This document shows, piece after piece, positions 51,392 to 64,000 of a stretch of 64,000 bases of DNA. The notes below the pieces were generated by a model. It saw nothing but the letters and a program-made list of their open reading frames with translations, made no database searches and was not told the origin of the DNA. How positions within the stretch are numbered: position 1 is the first letter of the stretch; each line of letters begins with the position of its first letter. Made by a program: the position numbers and the translations under genes. The DNA comes from Felis catus (taxonomy: Eukaryota). The stretch is from positions 14,262,001-14,326,000 of the forward strand of contig NC_058368.1 of assembly GCF_018350175.1 (NCBI RefSeq). Direction: 5' to 3'.

Positions 51392-51609
51392 GGGGCGCCT
51401 GGGTGGCTCAGTCGGTTGCGTGTCCGACTTCGGCTCAGGTCATGATCTCACAGTTCGTGGGTTCGAGCCCCACGTCAGGCTCTGTGCTGACAGCTCGGAG
51501 CCTGGAGTCTGCTTCAGATTCTGTATCTCCCTCTCTCTTTGCCCCTCCCTGCTCGTGCTCTCTGTCTCTCTCTCTCTCTCGAAATAAATAAACATTTAAA
51601 AAAATTTTT
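51392..51609 (+). mobile_element. CanSINE
   Basis: TSD aatg(a/g)gaacactag. Confidence 0.95.
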
Positions 51610-54010
51610 AATGGGAACACTAGATATAAGTCATGTAGGAAAGCAGATTTCAAAATTTTCAAGAAAAAAAGTACAAGTCCCATGAAGAGAAGTTCAGCAA
51701 TAAAAACCTTTCAGTATTTGTAAGAAGTTTTAAAAACATAACTATGAAAATACAGTAGCAAAAATGCCAGCAAAAAAAGAAACTATTGTGAGTGAAAAAC
51801 ACATACCAAAGAAACAAAAAGGAAGAAGAGGAACACAGGTGCAGAGGAACAACACAAAACTATGAGATAAATGTGAGACAGACCAAAACCCAGAGAGGAG
51901 GTGTAGTTGACAAAACTAACGTTAAGTCCTCCATCAGTTTCCATAGTGACAGGGAACTGGCTTCTTCCCCTGCTTTGACCTAACAATCCACTGTTGGTAC
52001 AAAATACTGCTTTAGCTTTCCTACAGAGAATAGTTTGCCCATTTACTCAGCCTCTTCTGAGCATCTAGTTCCCCCTGTGCCTGGTCTTTGTCCTCTTTTC
52101 TACCCTCTGCCTCCCACCTCCACCCTCCAGGAACATGGTTTCTTCCAGATTATATAAGGCCAGGGCCATATGGGTGCTTTTTCTAGCCTCTTGCTGTATG
52201 AGTCTTCTTGGACCGGTGTAATTTGCACATTTTCGGGGACCTAGGGTTCAGGGTTTTCAGACTCATCAGACAGGAACATCTATAAAATAAACCGGTGTAT
52301 TTCTTGCTAGTGTTAACCATCTCTCAGCAAGTAATTACATTTTACGGGAAAAATAAATAAAATGAGGAAAAAGTCCCCTTTTCTACTAGGGTTGGAGAAG
52401 GGAAGGGAAAAAAGCACAGAGTGGTGAATAAGGTAGAAACTCCTTCCTCCACACTACAGTGGATTTGGAACAAGAAGAGGAAGATACTACTGGCACCCTT
52501 TCAAGTTCAAAGGCACAGTCTAGGTAAATGATACCCACTGGACTAGCCTGTTGTTGGAGACCAACAGTATCTTTAGAAGATGATCCAAAGAAAGCACAAG
52601 TCTCCAATTCCTATTGTTATTTCATCTATACTCAGTGCCAGCACTATCTTTAAACTAAAAAGAGTAAAATAAGTAGGGTCTAAAAGGAACAGACAGTTGT
52701 TTAGAAGAGTTTATGTCTGTTCAAATATTGAAAACCCCAAGTATGATTCAAGACTGACTCTCAGTACTGTAAAATAATTTCTATATAGATAATGGGAAAA
52801 ATACCATAAGAACAAATCAGAAAAAAATATTCAAATTTTCCCAGTTTCCCCCGTCAAAAAAAATAAGAAGATGGATTTTAGATTTTTGAAACTACAGTTA
52901 AATAGTTTTCATTGTTACTTGTACTTAAATTTTTATATGAATCAAGAAGTGTATTATTGACTTGTTTAATTAACGTAAGGATATTTTTTAGTCTAAAATG
53001 GTAAAGGAGAAACGTAATTTAAAATGGAACAAAACAGAAAATGCATTTGAAATGAACAGGAAATTAGATTTCGAGATTAACAATGGTGATTTTTTTAAGT
53101 AGATATGACAGAATACAGTCTTTCACAATTTAAACTCGTTTGTGATATTAGAAGGAAGAATGACTTTCCATTGAGATGTAGCTTTTACTCTGTCATTTAT
53201 TCTTTGAACTTGGTTAACAGGTGTTAGGCGCTTATATGTCTCTCCAGTAGAGAAGGAAATAACTGTCAGTCAAAACTGGGCATTAGTTTCCTGTGTGTCC
53301 TTTCCCTCCACAGAGAAAAGTGGTGCATTCTTTATTATTTGCTCCCAGTACCATCCTGGACCTCGCTTGTTCTATATGCAGTATTCTCTACCACAGGTGC
53401 CCATAAAAATAGCGGGTTGCTGGAGCATTGGTACGTGCTATACTTCCCCAACTGAAATAGATATTAACCCTAGGAATAAGGATCCAAGATTCTTCTTTAT
53501 GTAGAGCTGTTTAGGGAACACAGATAGTGAAGGAAAAGTTTGTTTTTCATCATGAAGAGTAAGTAAATATAAAGGAGGTATAGGGTATTGAGTTAATTTG
53601 TATAACTACATTATATTAGGAGATATGTTTGTGAGTATTAGGAAATTTTACATACATAATGAAGTCTCGGTATAGTGCAGACATTTTTAAAATTGAACTT
53701 TATTTTGAGATAATTGTAGATTCACATTCAGGTTAAGAACTAAGACAGATCTCATGTCCTTTTTATCCAGTTTCTGCCAACGGTAACATCTTGCAGAACT
53801 ACAGTATAATATTACAACCAGAATACTGATACAGTCAAGATACAGAACATTTCCATTTTCACAAGGGTCCCTCATGTTGCTCTTTTATGGCAACACCCTC
53901 CCTCCTCCTGACTCTCCACACTGGTCTGTTCTCCAGTTGTATAATTTTGTCATTTCAAGAATGTTGTGTAAATGGAATGATATGATACTGTATGTAACCT
54001 TTGTAGATAG

Positions 54011-54235
54011 TTTTTTTTTTAATTTTTTTCAACGTTTTTTATTTATTTTTGGGACAGAGAGAGACAGAGCATGAATGGGGGAGGGGCAGAGAGAGAGGGA
54101 GACACAGAATTGGAAGCAGGCTCCAGGCTCCGAGCCATCAGCCCAGAGCCTGATGCGGGGCTCGAACTCACGGACCGTGAGATCGTGACCTGGCTGAAGT
54201 CGGACGCTTAACCGACTGCGCCACCCAGGCGCCCC
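54011..54235 (-). mobile_element. Young felid CanSINE
   Basis: TSD tgtagatag plus T-run at 54002 and 54236. Confidence 0.97.
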
Positions 54236-57200
54236 TGTAGATAGTTTTTTTCAATCAGCATAATTCCATGAGGATTCATCCAGGTTGTTGTATGTATCAA
54301 TAGTTTGTCTTACTTTACTGCTGAGTAGTATTCCATGGTATGGATGTGACAGAGTTGTTGAACCATTTTTACCTATTGAAGGACAACTGGGTTGTTTTCA
54401 TTTTGGGGGTAATACAAATAAAGCTTTTATAAACATTTGTGTACATGTTTTCCTGTGAACATAAGTCTTCATTTCTCTAGGATAAATGCCCACGAATACA
54501 ATGCTGGATCAAATGATAACTGCATGTTTAATTTTTAAGAAAACTGTTTTCTCTAGTGACTGTTCTGTTTTACATTCTTGCCAGCAAATGAATGAGTGGT
54601 CCAGTTTCTCCATATTTTTACCAGCAGTTTCTGTCGTCACTTTGTTTTATTCTAGCAATTCTTATAGGTATATAATAATATCTCACGGGGTTTTAATTGG
54701 TCTGTCCCTAATGGATAGTGATATTGAATATTTTTTCATGTGTGTATTTGCCATCTGGTTGTCCTCTTCAGTGAAATGTCTCTTCATGCCTTCTGACCAT
54801 GATCTAATTGTATAGTTTGCTTTATTTTACTGTTAGGTTTTGGTAATTTTTCATATATTCTAGATTTTACTTCTTTATCAGATATGTGTTTGGCAAGTAT
54901 CTTCACCCACTCTTTTCATCCTTTTGACAGGTTCTTTTGTAGAGCAAATGTTTTTTTTTTTTTTTAATTTCTGTATAATCCAGTTTATCAATTTTTCCTT
55001 CCCAGGCTTATGCTTTTGGTGTCAAATCTACAAACTCCTTACCTAGCCAATTACAAAGATTCTCTCCTTTTTTTCCCTAATTTATTTTATAGTTTTACAA
55101 TTATTTAAGTTTTTGACCCATTTTGAGTCAGGTTTCTTAAAGATATGAGATTTAGGTCAGGGGTTTTTGTCTCTTGTTTTTTGCGGTTTATTTTTGGGAG
55201 GGAGGTTTGTTTTTTTGTGTTTTTTGTTTTTGTTTTTGTTTTTTTTTTTTTCATTTTTGCCTCTGTATGTTCAATTGCTCCAGCAATTCAGTGGAAAGAT
55301 ATCTTTCCTCCGTTGAATTAATTTTCTACCTTTGTCAAAATCAGTTGGGCATCTTTGCGTAGGTTTATTTATTGGTTCTCTATTCTGTTTGTCTAATCTA
55401 TAGGTCTATTCCTTGTCAGTATCACATAGTCTTTAACTATTTAATGTCTTGAAGTCAAATAGACTGGTTCCTCCCCCTTTAACCTTCTGTTATATAAGTT
55501 TTAGAACAATCTTTTTTAAATCTACTAAAACTCTTGCTGGAATTCTTAAAGGAATTATATTAAGCCTGTGTATCAATTTAGGGAGAATTGATACATTTAC
55601 TATATTGAGTTTTCCAATCCATGAACATGGTATGGCTTTCCATTTTATTTAGGTATTATATTTCTTTCATCGTTACTGTGTAGTTTTCATTACACAAGTC
55701 CTGTACATGTTTTGTTACATTTGTAACTCTCTTTTTTTGTTAATTTAAATTGTGTTTTTATTTCAGTGTTCATGTGTTCATTGCTAGCATATAGAGATAC
55801 AATTGATATTTTTATGTTTATTCTGTGACCTTGTTAAACCCAGGCATTACTTTCAGGGGTTTTGATAGATGTTGTTTGATTTTCTACATAGAAAATAATG
55901 TTTTATGCAAACAGAGACAGTTTATTTCTCTCTTTCCTATTCTGTATTCTTTTTTGCCTTTTTTGTTTGATTGCATTGGCTACAAATTCTAGTACTTTGT
56001 TGAATAAGAGGAGTGGGAGCAGATATTTTGTATTTTTCCCAGTTTTAGGGGAAAATCATTCATTCCTTCTTCTTTTAGTATAATTTAGCTATAGGATTTT
56101 TGTAGATGCTTTTATCAAGCTGAAGAAATTGTCCTTTAGTCCTGTTTTTCTGAAAATTTCTTTCCTCATGGATGCATGTTGAATTTTATCAAATTCTTTT
56201 CTATATTGACTGATCATGTGATTTTTCTTCAGCCATTAATTTGGTGGATTATATTAATTAATTTTGAAACATTGAGCCAAACCAGCATTCCTGGAATAAA
56301 CTTCAATTGTCATCATGTATAATTTTTATTATATATTGTGTAATTCTATTTGCTTGTATTTTATTTAGGATTTTTTGTCTGTATACATAAGCGATGTTGG
56401 TCTGTAGTATTCTTCTTTGTACTGTCTTTAGTTTTTATTTTGGTATTATACTAGCTATAATATTCGTTGAGAAAAGTTTCCTTCCCTATTTTCTAGGTGA
56501 AATCATGTATAACCAGGATCAGTTTTCTTTAAATGTTTGATAGAATTTTCCAGTAAAACCATGTAGGCCTGGAGATTCTTTTGGGGGAGTTTTTAAGTAA
56601 TGTCTTAAATCTCCTTAATAGTTAATGATCTATTCATATTATCTATTTCATATTGAGTGAGTTATGGTAGTTTGTACTGTTTAAGAAATTTGCCCATTTT
56701 GTTAAAGCTGTCAAATTTATGTGTGTAGAGTATTTTACAGCATTTACTGATTATGCTCTTGATGGCCTCAGGGTCTGTAACAATATATGCTGTTTCATTG
56801 CGGGTATTGGTAATCTTTCTCTTCTTTCTTTTTTCTTTGTCAGTTTTACTGCTATTAAGACTCAGCTGTTTGTTGTATTGATTTTCTTTGTTGTTTTTCT
56901 GTTTTGAATTTCATTGATTCTTACTTTTATCTTTACTATTTCCTTCTGCTTGCTTTGCTCTTATTTTTCTATTCTTAATGTTGGAATTTAGGGTATTGAT
57001 TTGAGATATTTCATCTTTTCTAATGTATGTATTTGCACTATAAATTTTCCTATCATTGCTGTTTTAGTGGGGTCCCACAAAGTTTGATAGTTTTATTGTA
57101 ATTTTTATTCAATTCATTGTATTTTTTGTTTTCCCTTGAGAATTTTTTTTTTGACCCATAGGTTATTTAGAAGTGTGTTGTTATAGTTTCCAAGTGTCTG

Positions 57201-57483
57201 AGGATTTTTTTTTCTGTTGCCTTTCTGTTATTGATTTCTGTCTTTATTCCTTTTTTGTAGAAGAGTACACTATAGGATTTCAGTTTTCTAAATTTGTTGG
57301 ATGTGTGCTGTGGCCCAGCATATGGTCTGTCTTGAACAATGTGTATTCCTCTGTTGTTGTTGCATGTTCTAAAAATGTTGGCTGATGGTGGTATTGTGTT
57401 CTTCTGTATCTTTGCTGATCTTCTAACTAGGTGTTCTATCAATTGCTGAAAAGAAGGGTGTATATACACACAATATAGCTCTT

Positions 57484-57696
57484 GGGGCGCCTGGGTGGCG
57501 CAGTCGGTTAAGCGTCCGACTTCAGCCAGGTCACGATCTCGCGGTCCGTGAGTTCAAGCCCCGCGTCAGGCTCTGGGCTGATGGCTCAGAGCCTGGAGCC
57601 TGTTTCCGATTCTGTGTCTCCCTCTCTCTCTGCCCCTCCCCCCGTTCATGCTCTGTCTCTCTCTGTCCCAAAAATAAATAAACGTTGAAAAAATAT
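57484..57696 (+). mobile_element. Young felid CanSINE
   Basis: TSD atatagctct at 57473-57482 and 57697-57706. Confidence 0.97.
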
Positions 57697-60379
57697 ATAT
57701 AGCTCTGTATTTGTCATCTACTGTCAGTTTATCAGTTTTTGCTTGACATATTTTGCTCCTCTATTGTTTGGTGCATACACATTTGGGATTGGTATCTAAT
57801 TGGTAGATTGGCCTTTGTGTCATTAGATAAGGTCCTCCTTTATCTCTAGTAATTTTATTTTTTCTAGAGTATATGTTAATATAGGCACTCCTGCTTTCCT
57901 TTGATTAGTGTTTGAATGATAGATCTTTTTTATTCTTTATTTTCCACTTGCCTTTATTATAATATTTGAAGTTGATTTCTTGCAGACAGCATTCTTTTTA
58001 AAGCATTATTACTTATTGTTTGTTTATTCTCCTTGTTTTCCATTGCTGTGTTTTGGTTTTCATGTCTTCCTGTGGGTTACTTGAACATTTCTTGGAATTC
58101 CATATTGATTTATCCATCATGTTTTTGAGTATATCTCTTTGTATAGATTTTTTAGTGGTTGTTTTAAGTATGACATTATGTATATGTATTTTATCAGAGT
58201 CTGCTGTGTTTTACCAGTCCAAATGAAGTACAGAATCTTTATTTCCTTTACATCCCTTTACCCTCCCCTACTTATAATCTCTTTGTCTTAAATATTACCT
58301 CTACACACACTTAGAACCACATTGGACAGTGTTAAAATTTTTACTAATATGATAAATTATAATTTAAAACACATAAATAAATACTCATATTTTGCTTATT
58401 ATGTTCCTTCTTCCTTCCTGGTATTCCAATGTTCCTTTTACTGCTTCCCTTGTGTTCATAAGACTGGTTATAGCCACTTTTTAGACTGGCTTTGATGGCA
58501 ACAAATACTTTCTTTTCCTTCATCTGAAAAATCTTAATTTTTCATTCCTGGGTAGTATTTTCACTGGTTATAGGAATCTGAGTTGACAGTTCTTTTTTTT
58601 TTCCAGTACATAAAATATATTTGGCCATTTCTTCTGGCCACCGTAGCTTTTGATATAAAATATGCTGTCATTCTAATTGTTTTATACCTGTAGGTGAGAT
58701 GTCATTTTTCTCTGGCTGCTTTGTAGATTTTGCTTTGTCCTTTGTTTCAGAAGTTTAATCATGATTTGCCTTGGCATAAATTTCTTCAGATGTATGGAGT
58801 TCAGTCAGCTTCTTAAATCTGTACATTATGCTTTTTTTTGCCAAATTTGAGAAATATTCAGCCATTATTTTTTCAGGGACTATTTCAGCCCTGCTCTCTT
58901 TCCTCTCTCCTTTCCAGAATTCCCATGACCCAAATATTTTGGATGTTATAATTCATAGATCCCTGAGGCTTTGTTCCCTTTTTTTTTTCAGTCCATTTTC
59001 TCTGTTATTCAGATTGGGTAATATCTATTATTCTGTCTGCCATTTAACTAAATCTTTCTTCTGTCCTTTCCATTGTGCTGTTAAGCCCATTCACTGAGCT
59101 TTTTATTTTGGTCATTTATTTGTCAGTTCTAAAATTTCTTTGTTACTTTTTATATCTTCTAATTTTTTGCTGAGTGAGACTTTTTGTTTCTTTCCTGAGG
59201 CTTTCTATTTTTTTTTATTTGTTTCAAGCATGTTCATAATTGCTCGGTGAAGCATTTTTTAAAAATCATACATGGTTTAAAATCCTTGTCAGAAAATTCT
59301 AACATCCCTGTCATCTCAGTATTAGCATCTATTGGTGACATTTTACATTCTGTTTGAAATCTTCCAAGTTCTTGATGTGACATGTAACTTTAGATTGAAA
59401 GATGATATTTTCTTATTATTCTTTGAGATATATTGTATCCTATTTAAACCTTTTGTTTTAGTTGACCCTCTCTGACATTCCTCCATTAGGAGAAATGGGG
59501 AAGCACTGCATCTTTCCTGCCAGGTGGAGGTAGAACTCCAGATTCCCCACCTGGATTCTACTGACGTCTAGAGCGTGAGGGAGGAGGCAGTGTTTCATTA
59601 CTACTTGGCAGGGGCGGGAGTTCTAGCTAGTTAGGCTAGTGTGGGTAGCCTTATTGGTGTTGATCAGAGGTGAAAGTCCTGAGTCTCTACTAGGCGTTCT
59701 CTGATACTACCCGAGTGAGGAGGGAGAAGAACATCTCATTACTGTTTGGCAGGGGGGGAAATCCAGGCCCTCCACATGGTTTCCGCTGACTTCTTGAGGG
59801 TGGTGTTCAGAGATGCAAGGCCTGGTTCCCTGTTGTCCTTCTCTGATACACCCCTGACTGAGGATGTTAGAGACTCAATCTCTTGATTGAGATTACGTCT
59901 TGATTAGTAGACTTCCCACTTACTTTCTGGTGTGGGTAGAGTGGGGCTACTGTTTTTCTGTGGTGTTGAGCTAGAGTGCAATAGTTGTCTAAAAGTTTTC
60001 TCTTTTGCTGGGTTGCACCTTTCTTTGTTCTTTGGCTGGAGAAACCAAGCTTTTGTTGGGGACTTTTTTTTTGGTCTGTACCCATGGGTCTAATCTAGGT
60101 TGCTAGCCTCTTTGCCTTGAGGTCTAGGATATGTGAGGCAAAAAGACAACCCTGGCAACTCTACTAAATTTATTCTTTGGCCCTGGGGTCATTAGTCAGT
60201 CTGCCTTCTGCTTTCCAACTTTCAGAGTCTTGTTACATTTGTTTTACATATAGTGTCCAAATTTTTTCAGTCATACTTAATAGGAGGAATAGAGAAAAAT
60301 AGGTCTATAGTTGGTAATTTGAGATAATATTAGATCTGTCTCTCCTGGGGAATTCAAAATTTGATTTTAACATGCTCTA

Positions 60380-60585
60380 TTTTTTAATTTTTATTTTATT
60401 TTGGGAGAGACAGAAAGAGCTTTTGGGGGTAAGAGACAGAGAGAGAGGGAGAAAATCCCAAGAAGGCTCCATGCTGTCAGCACAGAGTCCAATACGATGT
60501 GGGGCTGCATGTCAGGAACCATGAGATCATGACCCAAGCCAAAATCAGGAGTGGGACCCTTAACTGACTAAGCCAACCACACCCC
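60380..60585 (-). mobile_element. Older CanSINE
   Basis: Diverged body; flanks attttaacatgctct / attttgacacactct. Confidence 0.88.
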
Positions 60586-62109
60586 AATTTTGACACACTC
60601 TTAAGGAAAATCTGTATAGCAAGTTTTTAGCAGGGTCTTCCTTAAACCGCTACGATTAGTCTGTATTTGTAAGGATAGATACTGTCCTATTTTAAATTCA
60701 CAGAGGTACCTGTAACCATTATTCTTTGGCAATCTTATTTTGAATGAAAAATAAAGTTTTAATAATTATGATGTGTAGAAAAACAAGTGTATTCAAATAT
60801 ACTTCAAATGCTTATAATTTTAATATTCTCTTTATATATCCCTTACCTTGTTATATTCTATAACAATTAAGTTGTGGAAAACAAAATTGGATAGCCGGCC
60901 GCAAAATCCAAAAAGTTTTTCAAAAGTGTATTACTATTCTCAATGACTACATGTCTATAGGTTTTCAAGGTGAAGAATTGGCATAATAAATTCATTGACT
61001 ATTCAAAAACGTAGTATGTCCTAGATATTGTACTAGAGATATAATGATGAGCAAAACATATACAGTTCCTGCTTTAATAAAATGCGGTATTCTTTTACAA
61101 TAAAATAGCAAAATAAAAATGAAATCAAATCTTCTATGAAAGCATTTTATGTGTTTTTATGAATAGTGCTGTTCAAGAACATTAGAATATTATCTCTTGA
61201 GTATATTACTCCAAATACTAGAGAGAGAGAAAAACAGACTTCTCAGACAGTGGCTTTTATCACCAATGGTTATTGAAATTGAATTGAAAACAAAAATTAT
61301 ATTGTGAAACATTCCATTGATATACAATGAACAGATTTCAGTAGTTTCTGAAATATCTCATGGATTTTTAATATTAGTTTAGAGCATAACATGGTTTAGA
61401 CAGTGTTACCCAGTGAAGGCCGTAATTGTTAATGGTTTATATTAGCTGAAAGCAGTAAAATCATCCAAGGACTCTGTTAGTGTTAGAATAATAATTTACC
61501 AAGACAATTACCACATACTGGAATTTTTTGCAGCTCTAATTCAGTATTATTAATAATGGATAAAATTGCACTTTTCTCAGGTTGCTGTGGGCAGCAGGGA
61601 ATTATTTCAATGAATATTTCAGCACATTATTTTAATCATTGTTCCACCAAATCCAAGCAGGCAATATTTTATGGTTCTTAATTCAGTCTACTAAGAAACC
61701 ATGGTCATTAAATTGCAAACTATTTGTAGTGAGGTCTATCCTGTGATTTACAAGCCTTGTTAAAGACAGTGTAAAAGAAGGAAAACTGTGCCATTAATAC
61801 TTGTAATTTGATGCTGCATTTGTTACTGAACTCCCCATGATTAATGTTTTCAGTAGAAAGAAGAACATTGTAGAGAAAACAGAGCTGAGTATTACAATGC
61901 TTAAAATATGAGAATGTTACTCTTTCAAGTTTTGGTCATTTGGACAGGAAATACGTATGTAAACACAATCGTAAAACATAAATATCTCAAAAATCATCTT
62001 AATTTTCCATTGAGACTAAAGAAATAAAGCCTTAATGTTATGTAAAAAAATATATTTCCAGTTATGCATTGTTGTTAATAGTGCCTACTGTTTATTTCCT
62101 CATTCCTAG

Positions 62110-62234
62110 CCAATTGCATGATTTCTGGCGTTTGGATTACTGGGAAGATGATCTTCGTCGAAGGAGACGATTTGTTCGTAATGCGTTTGGCTCCACTCAT
62201 GCTGAAGCACTGCTCAAAGCTGCAGTAGAATATG
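62110..62234 (+). CDS. NBEA: Internal coding exon of neurobeachin (125 nt; phase-2 start, phase-1 end)
   Basis: Translates (S)[41 protein letters not shown](G). This matches my recollection of NBEA; the paralog LRBA reads ..[30 protein letters not shown]. Polypyrimidine tract and acceptor tttatttcctcattcctag end at 62109; donor gtcagt at 62235-62240. Confidence 0.95.
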
Positions 62235-62336
62235 GTCAGTACCAATACCTCTTACACAGCACTTCCCTGGATACGATGGGACTCTTTGTGGTCGAAAATT
62301 CTTTTTTTTTCACTAGCATTTAAAATTCAGCATGTC

Positions 62337-62566
62337 GGGGTACCTGGGTGGCTCAGTTGGTTGAGTGGCCGACTCTTGTTTAAGGCTCAGGTCATGATCT
62401 CAAGGCTCATGGGTTTGAGCCCCACATCGGGCTCTGCACTGACGGTGTGGAGCCTGCTTGGGATTCTCTCTCTCCCTCTCTCTCTGCCCCTTCCCTGGTC
62501 ATTCTCTCTCTCTCAAAACAAATAAACTTAAAAATAAATAAATAAGTAAGTAAGTAAATAAATAAA
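62337..62566 (+). mobile_element. CanSINE about 100 nt downstream of the exon
   Basis: TSD taaaattcagcatgtcg at 62321-62337 and 62567-62583. Confidence 0.95.
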
Positions 62567-62712
62567 TAAAATTCAGCATGTCGTAAGTCAAAAATACTAT
62601 GTTCTGCTTTATCCTTCAGTGTCATGTAGGTGACACTTACTCAACCCAATATTTCACCCACTTGATATATTTTAGACCCTTAAACTTCTTTTTAATAGAT
62701 TAAAAGACTCTA

Positions 62713-62905
62713 GGGGCATCTGGGTGGTTCAGTCGGTCGAGCACCTGACTTCAGCTCAGCTCATGATCTCACAGTTCGTGAGTTCGAGCCCCATGTCAGG
62801 CTAGCTGCTGCCACCGCGGAGCCTGCTTCAGATCCTCTGCCCCTCTTCTCTACCCCTACCCTGCTGGCGCCCTCGCTCTCAAAACTGAATAAACATTAAA
62901 AAAAA
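62713..62905 (+). mobile_element. CanSINE
   Basis: TSD aaaagactcta. Confidence 0.93.
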
Positions 62906-63064
62906 AAAGACTCTATACGAAGGATTATTACTCAACATCAATCTTACACAGCCTGAAACAAGAGTAAAATCAGTTTCTTTATCAGTTTCAAAGTCTTTCA
63001 AAATTTTGGTGACCAAGATACAAGGTGGCAAAACACACGATTGTAACTGTGTACTCAGACTTAT

Positions 63065-63195
63065 ATATTTTTATGTACAATTTGTGTATGTGTACATACA
63101 CTCATATATGCTATATAAATATACATATATGCATGATATATATATACACATATGTATACTGTTTGTATATATATACATGCACATATTTGTGTATT
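63065..63195. repeat. TA/CA-rich low-complexity tract
   Basis: Directly visible. Confidence 0.7.
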
Positions 63196-64000
63196 TAACA
63201 GAAACAAATGTCTTATTAATAATCTCATCATATGACATTCTCAATTTTTTTACTGTTTTATTCTCTTCAGTCTAAAACAAAACAAAAAAATAAATACTGC
63301 TACAATAGGTGAATTGAAATTACCAGTCCTCCAATGGGTTGCAAATAAAGTTTAAAAAAAAACCATCTCACATTAAATGTATCATCAACTATTACACTAC
63401 AGTAGAACTGTACCGTAATTTTTCCATTAAAAAATCTATATTAAATAGAAAATATCAAAATATTTTTATAATTTAATAAAAAATGCTACTATTTTAGTTT
63501 GCTGTCTACCAAGAAATATAAATAGGACTATTTTGTACCATTTTTAAGTGCTCCAACAAATTGAAGTGTAATTGATCAACTCAGAATTGAATAAACTATA
63601 TACACTCAGAAAATACCATTAATGAACCCCTATCTATATATTTTTGTTATTAACCACTTTTGTTCTTACAATTACTTGTGTTTTTATTATGATAATTTTC
63701 ATTTACTTGAGTATAATAAGTGAGCCATCTGTTTTAAAATTTACCATAGTTTATAACATTTAATACTATTCATGTTCTTGATGGATTAGACAGAGAAAAT
63801 ACTTAATCCTGATAAAAATAAAATGTGCAAAGCTTTTAAAACTTGTTGTACAGGTAGTCCAGGAATTGATATAACTTAGTAAGACTCAAACATATTAAAT
63901 AAATAGATGAGGATTTCATATTAAAGTATTATGCCTAAGATAAAAGTTTCAACATAACTTTATACAATAAAAGTAACTATAGGAAAGAACATGCTAGAAA

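Larger units (their letters stand above)
53685..60310 (-). mobile_element. Near full-length degenerate old L1 (L1MC-like), with two SINE insertions
   Basis: 3' end ttgagataattgtagattcaca..ggtaacatcttgcagaactacagtata; continuous degenerate ORF2- and ORF1-like T-rich sequence; more GC-rich 5'UTR-like part at about 59470-60310. Confidence 0.85.
1..62109 (+). other. NBEA: Part of a very large NBEA intron upstream of the exon
   Basis: The exon is internal (no start codon, phase-2 acceptor) and no other NBEA-like coding sequence was recognised upstream. Long L1s are predominantly antisense, as expected in a + strand intron. Confidence 0.8.

Noticed and set aside
62110..62234. LRBA assignment
   Set aside because: QLHDFW and [14 protein letters not shown] match recalled NBEA rather than LRBA.
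62069..62323. 84-aa ORF as a standalone gene
   Set aside because: Only 62110-62234 is NBEA-like; the flanks are intron read-through past clear splice sites.
1..64000. Nested MAB21L1 gene
   Set aside because: No long Mab-21 ORF in the track; it lies in a more downstream NBEA intron.

Overview
AT-rich mammalian genomic DNA, almost certainly from a felid, because it carries many Felidae-type CanSINEs and carnivore L1s. The only supportable coding feature is one 125-nt internal exon on the + strand (62110-62234) encoding a peptide I recognise as neurobeachin (NBEA), just upstream of its PH-BEACH region. The first ~62 kb is therefore most likely one very large NBEA intron. It holds about 28 CanSINEs, several mostly antisense L1s of different ages, L2/MIR/MLT remnants, an internally deleted Tigger1 and microsatellites. 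The remaining ORFs in the track appear to be repeat-derived or chance. I found no new gene system. The most notable signals are mechanistic scars: a 161-bp local templated insertion with an 18-bp TSD, an L1 3' fragment with a candidate 3' transduction nested in a SINE, a twin-primed L1, two L1s lacking 3'UTR/polyA that stop at nearly the same ORF2 position, a 35-nt U2 snRNA retrocopy and a 105-bp duplication with stuttered filler. An ~8 kb retroposon-poor block may hold conserved enhancers. Repeat subfamily names come from recalled consensus sequences, and old-element boundaries are approximate.
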